Below are positions 35,420-49,649 of a stretch of DNA of 64,000 nucleotides, piece after piece; within the stretch, counting starts at the first letter, position 1; each line of letters starts with the position of its first letter. Location of the stretch: positions 57,412,001 to 57,476,000 of the forward strand of contig CM060732.1 of NCBI GenBank assembly GCA_030704615.1, read 5' to 3'. A program made the translations under genes and the position numbers. The stretch is from Takakia lepidozioides (Eukaryota > Plantae > Bryophyta). Under the pieces are notes generated by a model that was not told the DNA's origin, did no database searches, and saw only the letters and a list, made by a program, of their open reading frames with translations.

Positions 35420-35695
35420 CGGGTCTGCCGGAGGGTCCATTGGATAATGTAGTCTCTTCTAGAGAGTCTATTGGAGGGTCCACCAACTCTCCAGATCAAT
35501 CCGGTGGACCCAAAGTCCGCTAGAGAGGGTCCATTCTGCAGTCTAATCCACTCTGCAGAGTTCGCTGGAGGGTCCACTCTACGTGCAGAGTGGACTGTGA
35601 ATCCACCTGTAGAGTCTGTTGGAGGGTCTGCCAAGTCCGCTGGAAGGTGAGTCCACCTATAGAGTCCGCTAGAGGGTCTACCCAGTCCGCCGCCG
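35420..35695. repeat. Degenerate short-unit repeat array (AGAGGGTCC/AGAGTCCGCT variants)
   Basis: Recurrent GGAGGGTCC, AGAGTC and TCCAC motifs in both orientations, like subterminal repeats of a DNA transposon. Confidence 0.55.
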
Positions 35696-38384
35696 TAGAA
35701 GAACAAAGACTTAGGAAAACTTCAGAAAGAACCAATATACAAAACATATAATTAATAACACGCATTACCATCTGACAAGAATTGATCACCGAACCTCATG
35801 CTCATTATTCGTTGCTCATAACCACCACACTACCCACTACTTTTTGCACCAATAACTAATGTTTTATGTGCATTACCAGAGCCTGTAGGCAGGTCCCCTC
35901 TAGGTTGGGACCTACCGCAGCAGATCTGCTTGCCCGGCAGACCCAGCAGCAAACCGAGCCGCAGCAGAACCTCCGACGGGTAGAGGCGCTCCCACCCTTC
36001 ATCACCCCCTTTGCTACATGTGGGCCCCACCACAGGCACACGCGTGCGCATTGAAGACCCTATTATCTTTCAATGAGAAGCGGATAATGATAGCTCCACC
36101 CAAATAGGTCTAATTAGCTAATATTATATGTACTTTAATATTGTATAGATAAACTGGAATACACAATGCCCCTCGAGTACGTGGCTTTCAAGGGTTTCCA
36201 TTAATTACCTTCTCTTTATCAATAAAGTTTTTTGTTTATATGTACCAGCCGGCCTAATTAAGAGCCACTTCACCAAGTTTCGGCTAATTCCCATTTTCAC
36301 GAGTGGGTCATATATATTTGAATGACTACTGAAGGTCGGAGACAAGTTTTAGTGTAGAGCAGGAATAGGGTGCCATAGTGCCACATCATCGTCGCCACAT
36401 TTTGTCGTCAATTTTGTTAAAGCTGCCCGGATTGTCCAAAGGAAAGAAAAAGAAAACCAAAAAAAAAAAAAACTGATTCTTGAAAACTGTCATTGTTGTT
36501 ATTCTTAAGCTGTTCGGGAAGGGAAAAAACGAATTATATCTAGCTTTGTTTTCTTGGCAAATGTGCTCTACTTATACTTTATTCTATTTTTTTTGTTTCT
36601 TCACATTCAATGTAAATGTTACAGCATTTCTACATATTAATTAGGATAAAACCACGAAACAGAAATCAATGGTTTACCCACTTATTGAAACCTCACAAGT
36701 TCAGCCTTTGAATTTATGATGAGCAAGTTTCAAAGTACTAATACATTAGAAGAATACATATATATATAATAAATATAATAATGGTAATAGCGAATGAAAT
36801 GTTAAAACTTTTAATATTGGATTTTTATCTCTTGTCTATTTTAGACAATGAAAACTATATCTCTTAGTCATGTCTCTAGCCAAAGTATTTTTCATCAACG
36901 GTATCATTAGCTGATTGACTATAGTCGTTTCTCAGCCGCCTGGACCTCCCACAGACATAGACATGCATAGATACAACCCACTTGAATGTGGCTTTGACAA
37001 ATGTATGTTCTTCCCTGTAGTTTTACTGCCAGGTCCCCTTGGACCCATATCAACACCCACCTCAGACCCAATAGATCCCCCTTCTCCAGCCACACTTGCC
37101 ACTATCTAAACATTTCTTAAGCAAAAACAGAATTTGAGCCTCTGTTGACGACTAGATCTCTATCGTGTTTCCAAGCCCGAGTGGCTCAGATATCAAACAG
37201 GAGGACTTTGACTGCAATGCTTGTCTTAGGATGTAGGCCTTTCCAGGAGACAAAGAAGGAGCAGGCCCATGTTGTCTCTGATGCATCATCAGAATGAGAT
37301 CCATTGGAGAAATGAACATTGGTGCCTACAATTGGAGACTGTGGAAAATCATCCAGGTAGACAAACAGAGCAATTGGTGTACACTGCCAGGAAACAAGAC
37401 GGGGGCTATGATCGATGTTTGCCGCGCTCTGGCAACTATATTCCTACAATGAGGTATTGCTAAAGGCTACAGATACTAGATGATGTGGCACACCTATAAT
37501 CAACAACATATGGTTTGAACCCACAACTACTAGTGAAGCGGGTTATGCCCTAACCACTGGGCTAAATGTTGGTTGGTAGCAGTTAGAATGACCAAACAAT
37601 CCTATCCACAGTACAAGGTGGGTGAAGATTTTGAGAACTTGATCATGACTTTTTCCGAATGAGCGTTCAAACGAGTAATGTGCATAGGATGAAGGACATG
37701 TATGAGGTAATAGGGATTGTCGCTAAGGTTAGTCTAGCTCACCAATTGTTTCGTTAGGAAAAACCCATTGATTATACTATATCGTGAGAAATACCAAACG
37801 GAGGAGAGTGTTTGGAAGAATTATACGAAGAAAGGACGGCCATATGCAAAACAATGTATGTGGTTTCTGAATGGCTAGTTTCTATCAAGATGTGCTCCAA
37901 TAAATGATGGCCAGCTCCAATCGAGCATGTATATCTACAGAAAAACCCGTATAACACTATGAACGAAATGGTTGTTCAGTCCATCGATGAGAGGTTGTGC
38001 ACTAAGGTGGCAAAGCATGAATTCAGTATATTTAAGAGTAATCGCAATGTGATGCTCAATGTGGTCATGTTGAAAACCTTAATAATAAAATAAAGAGACT
38101 TTTCTAAGAAGAAGCCTACAACTTACAAATGGCAAGAACTAATTAATTGAGTCAAGACATTTTTCTTGAATTCACATGTTTAGACACATATAGGTTGAAG
38201 AATCCGTTAGATTTCGTTTATGCCTAATTTACCTTAGGATAGAAATATGAGCATAGCCCGAGATTTGGGTCCGCAATGATGATGTGCATGACTAAGAAAG
38301 ATAATACATCCATAGCTCTTGCATTGGTCACCTCTCAAACTAATGAGAGTTAACCACAAGAGAGGTTAATTCCAATTTAACTTT

Positions 38385-41300
38385 TTACTCTTTACTAATT
38401 GGAGTGTCTCTTTTGGTGGGGGTCCCCTTATAAGCTTTTTGAATGTAGTTAAGGTCTGTGATGTAGTCTCCTACAACATCCAATTGCTTGAGAGCGTTGT
38501 CCCAAGGTGGACGACTGATCACCGAGACTCGATCAATCCGCGAAAACAAGTTGTCTGCTGCCATGCACATCTGGTTCACAAATTCCCCATCTTCACAAGT
38601 ATCAGTAATATTCTATTATATTAATTGTAATGCATATGTTAAGCTAGATGAAAATAGCAAGGCGAGATGAGACAAGATTGAGATAAAAATATATTCAAGT
38701 GCTTCACTCAACGTTACTATACTATTACAAAGATCTGTATTTTGAACAAAACAAAACGATCATATGTTTTTTAAGGATAAGAAAAAAGTTGGCACTTTGA
38801 CTTTCGTGTGTTCTTCGTGACTTCATGATGGCAATGGAATAAAGGTTTAAGAAGCATTGCACATCCGAATTTCAATAACATTCAAAATTAAATTAATTTC
38901 AATTTCATAGAAACAAAGTAGCATCATACCTGACTTCGAGCAAGAGTTTTTGCAGCCGCCATGTGGAGGATAGAATCTATGTGAAGTTGGAATTCAGCAG
39001 TTTCCACCTTTTTCTTCTCGTAAACCTGTTTAGTGACACTAACGTCATTATTGAGGGTAAGAATATCGTTCACAGTGGTCTTTGAGTAGTTTTGGAGTTC
39101 AGCCCTCACCAACTCCATCTGATCTGCACATGTCTCAACTTGTTCATTCAAATCGTTGTGGCTCGCCGCAAGCGTGGCGTGCCTGCACAAAAGTTCGTTG
39201 TTGTTATAGCAATTTCCAACTTATTCAAATTGTACATTAGCTGCATAGATATGTGTACAAAACTCCCAAAAGCTATCGTCATTAATTTGTTTCTTGCATC
39301 ATCTCATGATTGTCTTGTTTAGGACTCCTAAAAGCTAGGGAGATTTTTGTGGCATTTAAAGACTAATAATGTCAAGTATAATTACATGAAGGGGATGCAA
39401 CCTTAAGAATGATTAAAGAGTATTAGTCATGTATGACATGTACGACCACATATGCAGTCCAACAGATATATAAAATGTAGCCCAAAATTGTCATAGAGCT
39501 CGCATAGGCACAATAGATCTGTTGACTGATCATAGTTGATTTAAGGACTACCATTTACATATAGTAGAAAGCAACATGATGATAATATACGAGGTGTCCT
39601 CATATTGCAATTAATCCGGACCTTCAAGTGTATGTGTGAGGGAGAAGAAAAGACACCGCATCAAAAGGTCGTTGATTTCATGGTAAGCCGTTGCAGTCTC
39701 AACCACAGATTCCAAGTATTTCTGATACACCATAAACCGCTCCAAGTGAAGAGAAGTGGTCATTCTGGCCTCCTTCATCGTTTCCAAGTTGTTTTCTAGA
39801 ACCAATATTTCTGCCTCCTATATATGTACAAAATATTCCGGTGCCCAAATTATTGAATGTCGACATCTTTGAATGTGAAATCTCTATACATCATTTTTTG
39901 CACGAGAAAAACCATGTTATGAAACGAAATATTGGTCATCACATTGTGCATTCTATCAATCATATCTAAGCATAATTAACCGATTAATTACGGTTTACAA
40001 GTGTAATTATAAATCTCAACGTTGGCTGTGGATATAGTATTAGTACATGTTGCCATGGGTACAATTGATATAATATAGAGCTAACAAAATTTGCAAGTAA
40101 TCTTTGCAATCTTAACTCCTATATTGGGTAAGCTACACGAATGAAGCGCAACTCTGTGATATCAAACTTACGTGGACTGTGCTAGTAATTCATTTCTTAC
40201 AAAACTTTTGATCCCTTTTGGGTTGAAATAGACAAGAAAAATTCTCGTTTGAGTCTCAAAGAATATCGTAGAATGTAGACAGATAATCAAACAACTTCTT
40301 TTTGTCGAACATGGAGTAGCTGATTATATTGGCATACAAGTTTTAGGGTAGGTTTGATTTGGTAGACCTTTTCTAGCCGCATACGGATCTCGTCTGCACA
40401 TTTCTTTTCTGCTCGCTTCTTCTTTACTGCATTTTCCTGCCACACCAACATGAGATTTTTTTCATGTATTATAGCGTGATATATTTTTCAAGGTGTACAT
40501 TAATAGGTCAAGATCCAACAAATGGTCAAGTGGTTGGGGCACAAGGTAGCCTTACAAGTGGTCGTGGGTTCAAAGCCGCATGTCACCCATTATGACCAAT
40601 CCAACTATAAAAAGGGAGTAATAGGGTCAACGGGTTACTTAATGCGTGGATACTCTATGACTTTTGACTCTTGGGGAGGGTTCCCTACCTTGTTCCCCAA
40701 GTTACGGCCGTTAGATGGTGACATGTGTTCACTATCCAAACGGAATGCAGTAGCCATTTAGGCTGAAGTGATACCATAAATTAGGCTTACTTTGGCAAGA
40801 ATTTTTTTCTTCTCAATAATAGATGGTATGATGTTTATTGTTTGTTGTTGTTGTTGTTGTTGTTTTTTTTTCCCTCCAAATCCTTGTTATCATTTTGACT
40901 CTAACAAAACAACTCCATTCCCGATTCTTCTTCCTTCTCGGATCTTCTTCCTTAGGCTGGAGCTCGCACCTCGTGAGCTCTAGCCATAATCTAGACTCTA
41001 GGGGTAGCTCTAGGGTCTCACCAACTACTTTCATCCACTCGGATGGTTATCTCTCTGATATGGTATCTTGGGTTCGTCCCGGGTTTTCTTTTTTCCCAAT
41101 AAATAAAAAATATAGGGGTTCCTTCCCTTTATTTTATTTTATTTTATAAAAAAAACTTTGACTACTTCTATTGTTGTCCAAATTAATTAGCTGAAAAAAT
41201 TGTGAGAAACTTAATCTAGAAATAACGATACCTGCAGAAACTTGGAGAAGCCAACAAGGGACTCTTGTAAGTGCACATCCTTTTCCCTCAACGCCTCTTC

Positions 41301-42189
41301 ACGTTTCTGCAATATTTCTTCTTTCCTTCGTGACCGGGACCCCATCGAGACGCGGTTTAGAATTATATATGTTTTGATCGTGATTAAGTTCATAGGCGTA
41401 ATTTACCCAATTAGATCTTAAAGCAACAATTGAGGCCTACAACAAATTTTGGATTCCTAGTTTTTTTAAAGAATCGTCCTTAACATTTGTTTTTGTGTCA
41501 CACACTAAACTTTTGGTCATCTCTCTTTTAGATTTAACAATGGTGACAATTTATTTGTTAACATTGATTGTGGATCTCGATCATAGTAGCCGAGATCATA
41601 TTTTCACCAACTTGGAAAACTTAGAGTTAATCAAAATTTCTTATAATCTTGGGGTTGACGTATATGCAACAAAGCCTAATGCCTATGATTTTTGTTTCAA
41701 TACAACGACTCTATAACGTGAATTGCGTCAATGCAATACACAATATGATTTTCTAGATTTGTTCTCTAATTTGCAAAAGTTCATAATTTCACATATCAAA
41801 AGAAAAAGAAATACCCAAAAATTTAGGAGAAATCATGATGATACAATATTGACGGTCGTGATGGAGAGATAACTAAAATAATGACACATTACTCAAATTA
41901 TCAGAGTATTTATAGCACACAACTCTCAAGTTCATGAGAAAATGATAGAAAGATTAAACAGACATACTTACTGTGCACATTCAATCTTCTGCCGCTCTAA
42001 TTCCTCATGGACCAAATACATAAGGCGTCGTTTTTCTAGGAGGCGTGTAGCTGGCAGAGCCTTATCCAATTGTCCGGGGCCTATCGGTAGTTGTAATGGG
42101 TTTGATGTTTTATCTGTCCCTGCAACGGATGACGTTGCTTCTGTTGTTGCCATTGTTCCCGCTGACGCAGGTGATGCAGGTGTTGCCAT
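38385..42189 (-). CDS. CFAP73: CFAP73/CCDC42 family (DUF4200) flagellar coiled-coil protein
   Basis: Six exons (~42189-41972, ~41325-41232, 40436-40368, ~39817-39657, ~39182-38930, ~38570-38385). Signatures PATRLLEKRR, LQESLVGFSKFLQ|EN..K..RA, YQKYLESVV and QLDVVGDYITDL; spliced frame open. Confidence 0.85.
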
Positions 42190-43944
42190 AATTGATGGTC
42201 ACTTCTTCTGCTGCCTTCCGCTCTAATACATTTTTTTCTTCCTCAAATCTAATTTCTGGTGAGATATAGGTGTTCCCACCAATATGTGCAAGAATGTACC
42301 CTTAGTTTGTTTGGATTCTCTCGCTACTCCGATGTGTTTGTTGTCCATCTTCATCTCAAGTTGAAGGTCATCGCCCCCTGGTTTTATTTGGCTGCATGTC
42401 ATCCTTCTATCTAATTGTTTCGTTGAAGCTCATTCTGTGGGCAAGTAAGACTCTGACAAAACTACTACTTATGGCCGTCCAAACTTCATTTGTTTGAAAT
42501 CTGATAGATGATCTCCCCTTCAACTATAGATCCTTGGCTATCTCTAATTCTTGGCGGATCTTGACTCCAATTATAATTTACATAAATTTGCATGACTACA
42601 TCTATAATTCATTTCAACCTACCTTACAATTTGATTACTTACAATTAAATATTTAAATGAGATTACTGTTTATTCATATGGTCTAGGTAGTTGTCTTACA
42701 AACATTACGATAGAAAAACCTACATTAAATAAAGAATGACATCTCCACACAAAGAATAATCATGAGATGAGATTGTGTCATTATTCACAGAGAGATCGAC
42801 GAAAAATAATTAGTATTAGGTCCTAGAAAGGTTGTTCATCTCATTAACACTGCTTGGTACTCCCTTGTGAGGATTGTGAAGTGTATTGGATTTTGCAATG
42901 GATATGTGGGTTCTTCTATGATACATTTTTTTGATAATGTAACTAGTTGAATCTCATCTATATGTCTAATGTGGACTCTGAAAAAAAGTGTACGTTGGTG
43001 TTGGAAATAACAATTTACTAGTGCTCTAGTACATTAAAAAAAACTACGTAGGCAATCTGGAAGCTGAAAGCAATGGGCGAGGGCTAATGATGTAGATAAA
43101 TACAAAATGATACTCAACATTTGATAAGTTTGAAACATCTTGTAATGATCTTTTGTCAATCATGCAATCAAGGAAATTTTGTCCTCATTTTCGAACACAA
43201 ATGATTTTGGATATCATCCCAACGGATATCTTGTATCATATAATCATTGTGCAACGTACATACATTTTAAAGAATCCAACTTCCATTTTCGTTTTGTTGG
43301 CTTGAAACACAATGTTGGACCATACAATTATAGACTCAAGGCAAGTTGTGGATATGAAAGACATGAAGGAATTTAGGTTTCAGAAATAAAATGCATGAAA
43401 TGATGTTTTTCAAGTCTACATAGAAAATGAAGTTTCAAATTAAACAGATTGGGGATCACAAGGCTTTGAGAGATGAGAGAGAGGGATGACTAGGAATTGT
43501 AATATTAGTAGAGGTCGTAAGATCCATTTATGAGAGGTTATTTGAGACGAGAGAGACAATTTGCTCATACAAGTTGAATTGTTGGCAAAGACTATTCAAA
43601 CGGTTTACGACGGTGGTGACAACTTTTCACTGGACCAAACTTTCACATACTTCACATGAATGGATGAAATACTTAGAAATAGATGAATACTTTTGTGCAC
43701 AATAGTCATGCTCAATGGTCTTTGTTCATTGTCAGGTTGACACTTAGCATTAACATAGTTAATGAAGACGAGAGTGTGTGAGGTCTCTTTTTATAAGGAT
43801 GTCAATGGCCCTGCACTCCGTGGCCTGGCGCATATAGGCAACTTCCGCCTCGTAAGCACCGGGCAAAAGGCGGTTTATCGGGCAATATAAGAGTTTTACC
43901 ATCAATATATCAAGCATGGTAATTTGTCTGTTTTGTTTGTTTTG

Positions 43945-44110
43945 TAGCGTTGAGATCTCCCAAACCGCGGGGCCTCAGCCCCAGTGCTTGGTACCATTGG
44001 AAAGCCCTCGATGAGGAGGGATGCACCAACTTGATCTCATTATTTTTGGACCTGCGGTATGGGAGATTCGAATTTCAATTACTTTTGGTCGCTGGAAATT
44101 TGCAAAAAAT
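43945..44110. repeat. Dispersed-repeat fragment
   Basis: CTTGGTACCATTGGAAAGCCCTCGATGAG..GATGCACC resembles a repeat I recall from moss assemblies; not verifiable here. Confidence 0.25.
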
Positions 44111-46639
44111 AGCAAAGTGAGCTTCATTGGGACAATGATTGGATATATTACTACTCAGTAAATTCATGGGAAACATTTTTTTTTCTCAATATATGATTGT
44201 ATATACAGAAGTATTAATATAAACTTCTAACTCTCGCACCATTGCAAGTTCGCCATTGGCTGCTCCCACTCGCCTCCTGCTTTGGATATTTAAAACAATT
44301 ATTTAAAAAAAATTAATGGTTTTGTTTGGCTTGGTGGTGTTTGTTTTCTTTATAATGCAGTTGGGAACCAAGATGCACAATTGATAATTCTCAAACGAAC
44401 AAGAACCGGGTATGTTAAAACCGGCCATGATGGAAAAAATTAAAAATTAATGGGAACTGGAAAGGTACTACTAGATAAAATGGGAGCTTCCGAACCGGCA
44501 CCCACGGATCTCTAGCAGACCTCTCACTTCCCAAAAAAGAAAAAAACTTATGACGCCTTCCGAAGGGAGCGTAACTTATGGTGTCTCTTGACCCCGAAGG
44601 GCTACTGCCTTCCAGCAAGAAGGTGGACACCTTCGTGACACCAATCGGTGGATTGAACCTACAACCCTCTCACTTCCAAACCAGAACTAGAGGTTCCCAT
44701 ATAAATCAAGGAACTGCTCAATAGAGGTAACGAAGTTGTGTGCAGACGCAAAAATATTACACAGGCTCTTCCAGTTTGTACGGGCCTATAGCTAGTTACC
44801 AAAGTATTTATCAGAACTAGATTTTATTGTTTTGTTTTTATGTGAAATTATGCTTTATATGTACTTGATATCATAGCTCATGCAGGTATTTGGGGGCATG
44901 TGATATATTTGAATGCAAGCGTGGTGTCATTATTCACTAACCCTGAGTGGGCCAATCTTATCATCTCACTTGAGCTGAATGTTTTGGCGAGTGCATCCCA
45001 AAAATTAATTGACAAACACATTAGGTGTGTGCCATGGACTTTATCACTTGAGAGATTATGGAATTGCATGAATGTGAGATGGGTTCCTTTGGAGGCATGC
45101 CGCCATTGTGAAGGTCCAAGCTGTGGTGGCCGTTGTCAACTCCCCTAATTTAAACGTCTACAAAGCACCCTGTCTAATCATGCAATTTTGCTCTAAAACT
45201 TGGGTGATGACTTAGCTTTCTTACCACAAATTGATGCATGCTAGGAGGAATAGACATCAAAATCCACACTCAATTTGCTTGGTCAAACCAAAAAGTGTCT
45301 ATTTTGAAAAACCAAAAAAAAACTTGAACATCCCCACTAAAACACTATAATCAATGGTAAAATTTGGTGAGACTTGCATGTAGGTGCGAGGTGCGAGGTG
45401 CGAGGTGCACACAAACTTCATACTTCCTCAGAATTCACTTCCCTTGGATGCATCTCTTGCTATGCTATTCTAATTAGGTTTTTACATTACACTCTTTGAG
45501 TTTCTAAGAGCAATGTCCTCATCTGATAAATGATTGGAAATCTTAGAGTAAATCAGGTTATCGCCACAAATGTGGAGAAAATGTCTTAATTGGAGATTGT
45601 TCAGTTATGGAATGGTTGTTGGACTAGATAGCCCCCTGCACAACAGGTAGAAATAAGATACCCCCAGTAGCCGAGCACCACGTGGGGCAGTTATCGTGCG
45701 TAGCGCAAGCAGACCGACTCAAGCCGTTAGTACTTTGTAAAATCAGGTAGGTACCTTATTTTTTGAGGTAGGTAGCTGCGCTTTTTGTCCTAGATGCGCT
45801 TTTCATCCCAGCTTGTCATCTTTATGGGGTTTAAGCTTTCTTTCTGAGGTTTGGGCGTGAGAATGCATTTGCAATTTGAGTTTTAGGCGCTCCGAGCTGC
45901 ACATCAAGATTAGGCACTGTTGAGCTTTGCGAATTGGCAAAATTCAAATTTAGTTAAGGTTGTGATCTTGGCTTCTTTTTGTGTGCATCTCACTTACAAT
46001 TCTTGTATTTTGTGTCTCAATTTCAATCTCTCAGTTTCAATCTTATGCTTCTTGCGATGGATTCTGTGAAGGGAGTTCGCACTTCTGCTAGGAAGAGGGA
46101 TATGGTAGCATCCTTGAACGAGATTTCTTACAGTACTGTTGCTGGGAGTAGTGGATCTTTATACACTTTTGTATGTCTCTTTTTGATTTGGGAATCGATT
46201 TCTTTAGCAAGAAGCGGTGACTCTGTCGTGGTGTGCCTCCTGTCCCTGTGATTCAAGCAACTACTCATGATCTTGTGATTGAAGCATAGCTGTCCGACAC
46301 CATAATGGAAGTTGTGCATTGTGAGAGCGGGTCTCGGAGACTACTAGCACTATCGACAGTAGTCGACACACATATACATCTCCCTCGTCTGGTGTAATGG
46401 TGGTAGCTGAGCGCAATCTGCCTAAGGATGTGAGAGATGAAATACCGAGTGTAGTTGAGGTTAAAGGCAATTCACTTCTGGTGGTTAAGGCGCGTAAGGG
46501 CGATTCACTTTTGGTAGTTAAGTTATCAGATGCACCGTAGTTGCACAGATTGCAGCTAAATCTTCCATCCCCTCTCTAAGATGCAAGGCAATTGATTCAT
46601 CTTCAGATGCTAGTCAAGCTTCAAGTCATGAGGTGGAAG

Positions 46640-48170
46640 CCGTCAGACAATTTCTTGATTGTGTGGAGCTTGAGGATCCCGTTGATGTAGTCGTTGCACA
46701 TTTCACAGTGAGTGCTCATAAAACATCTAGGGCCAAGAAAGACAAGAACCAACTTGTAGTGCGTGAGTAGTAATGCTTTCGGTCGAATTTGAATGGATTT
46801 TGACCAGGTTGCTTTCGAGAAGCTAATGAGTGACAATAGCATTGCTAGCTTACGTAACATGGTGCAAAAACCGTTTTGATGAGTGGAGAGCAATTATGAG
46901 CATTGACATCAATGTACTTCTAGATGACCTTCCCCTTCGAGACCTTGCAGGAACCTTCTGTAAATGTTTCCTGATCGTTCAGAAAAAATATGGATAAAGG
47001 TATCCAACAGATTCACTGATAAAGCTCTACTCGTCTATTAACCGAATACTTATCAGAAAGCAAGAAAGGCGTATTCTTCGGACCAGTAAAGCTGAGCCTC
47101 GCTTCAATATTCGTACTCATGCTTTTTATCGGGGTCAATAAAGCCATTGTGGAGGCGATGACTCAATCAAGAAACAGTGGCATGAACATGCATCGAAGAA
47201 AAGTCAATGGCATATTTGCTGACGAGGAACGGCGATTACTGACACACCGTTCTTACTATATCACCACTGCTCATGGGCTGCAAAAGCGCATGACATGGTA
47301 CTGCTTCAGTGTGTTCTTGATTCGTGGGGATAACGAGCTCTATAAACTACTGTTGACTGATTTCGAGCTCGGGCAAGATGGCAGAAAGGTAAGAATCTCA
47401 ACTATCTTGAGTTCAAGAAGCTATTGCACGTTTGTTATTATAACCGCCTGCACTTGCTGAATCTAACATGTTGTCTTGTTATATTTCAGGTATGATAAAA
47501 AGACCTTAATATCAAAAACCTACAAGATCACGACTAAGAAGTTCCAACAAGAACACTTTAGGCCCCCCGTGTTCCCGTTCGATCCTCACGTCGTGTTGAC
47601 CTACATGACACTGCTATATTACATGCCAGCTAACCTTGATGGCGGAGCCCATCTATTCATTTCCCCGATTCCTCATCCTTCTGATATCGTTCGGTACAAG
47701 CATACGATTAATGTGGGCAGAATGTAATATAGAAGTACTTGAAGGATATGGCTATAGCAGCAGGGATAGTTGGCGATATTACAATAAGTCTCATAGAGTG
47801 ACAACGATTGGGAGAATGTCTACAACTCGGTTCCTCATGACATGATCATCAATGTGATTGGGCACCGCAATGTGAAGACCTTGTCTCGCTACAACAAGAG
47901 TCTGCTGATGAAGCAGAAAGCGGCTCAACAACTAAGCAGAACTCCTTATGATATCACAACTGGTGCTCTTCTTACCTTTGATCACCACTATCAGATTGAG
48001 CTAGCTGACTACCATGCAAATGAACCTGGTGGTGCTAATTTGTTGGTCTCCTCTCAGGACAAGATTCCAAGCATCACAGAGGCAGAAGCTGTTCATGACG
48101 ACATTCCTTGCATCACATGTTTGTTTGAGGAACCTCAAGCGGCCCCTGTGACTCCTCCACAGTGAATGGT
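46640..48170 (+). mobile_element. Crypton-type (DUF3504-like) tyrosine recombinase pseudogene
   Basis: EERRLL..TAHGLQKRMTWY..FLIRGDNELYKL..DF, an intron at ~47389-47489, ..LFISP..VGR, NKSHRVT (HxxR box with K for H) and VIGHRNVKTLSRY (H...Y). Frameshifts and stops present. Confidence 0.7.
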
Positions 48171-49649
48171 CTTGGAGGACGTGACCGTCACTCCCCTCAA
48201 GTCTAGTACCCCAGTGTCTCAGCTGCATGTTATTGCGTTGAGGAACATTGCAACACCGAGTCCTTCAGGGTTGAATTTTCAGGCTCCTTGCGCCTCTGCG
48301 AGTTCCATTCCAGCAGTGCGTACTCTCACGTTATCTATCATTCAATGTCTCCAATTGTAGTCCCCGTCTTCTCCATCATGAGGGGGGTTGGGGGGGAGAA
48401 TATTGTGCTAATGGCATTCTCTGTCGGAAGCATGGAAGCCGAGGATGCCGCCTTTGCCCCCTTCCTCCTTGAAAGTAGACGTTTTGGATCTACGAACAAT
48501 TTCCGAGTTGATGTGAATCAGTTTCAAAGATGTGATATATATTTGGATATTAAATTAACTGGTGAAGATTGATAAAGGCACCAATGCATGGTCTCCTTAA
48601 GATTAAGGAGGAGCCGGCCAGGGTGGACGGATGACTATGGTAACCGAACACTACATTCATCATAACTCCTGTCCATTGCATATCCACATTACATGTGTGG
48701 TTTCCGGATAGGCCAGCTCATTATTTAAAAAAAAAAAAGGCCAAAATAGAATTATTAAAAATATGAGATTCTGAGCCGGAGATTCAAAGATTCGTCCGTA
48801 CTCAGATTCACCGTTGAAAGAGAATCAACATATCATAATTCTTAGAAACTATTTAAAAACATTTAGGGTTCACATAAAATCTTAACTTAAGAGCACACAG
48901 AAACCAGAGTCTATTATTACTATTATCACTATTATCACTCACCAAACAGTGGATTATTTTATCATTTTATTATTTTATTTAAAAATGATTATTATTATGA
49001 TTATGGTTTTCTACAACAGCATTTACAGACATTTACAGAGACGAGACATAACAAAGAACAGAGGGCCAGTAATTTTTTATTTTTATTTATTTATTTATAT
49101 GTTTATTTAATGAACTGGCAGGGGACAGCGGCCCGGCCCTGAAATCTATTTGGAATTATTAGGGGGAAAAAATTTAAAACCCCCGGGTCCACCACGACTT
49201 AGGTGGTTAATTGTAATCTGGAAAATGAATAAGAGTTATTAAATAAATAAATTAATAGGGGGTGACCTCCCGCCGCCCTTGAAGCGTGCCATGGAGCGTT
49301 GGCGCCACCGAGAAATCGTGGCTTCTCCATCTTGTCGCTCTGATCTCTGATCGGTCTCGCAGGCCGAGAGATGAGATGAGCACCAGATTTCCATCACAAC
49401 CATGCCCCGCACACGCATCATACATAAATCAAAACAGACAGGAATACACGATACACAGATCGAAAGCAACAAGCCAGTTCTTTGCTTCTGTTCTTCCTGT
49501 CAGACTAGGGGTGGCCGTTTATTTGCAGTGAAGGATTCTCAGTCTGTGTTCTCGTCTGTCTGAAGTGAGCTCTCATGGAGTAGGGCAATTTGGGGCTGAG
49601 CCGAAAGTCTGAGGAGAGGAGCTGGGTGGCAGGCTGCAGGCAGGCAGGC

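Noticed and set aside
40368-40436. Suspected frameshift in CFAP73 exon 3
   Set aside because: Re-reading gives 69 nt, ENAVKKKRAEKKCADEIRMRLEK, in frame.
40523-40580. tRNA gene (A/B-box-like sequence; similar at ~37520-37565 and ~44640-44680)
   Set aside because: No consistent cloverleaf; more likely decayed tRNA-derived SINE heads.
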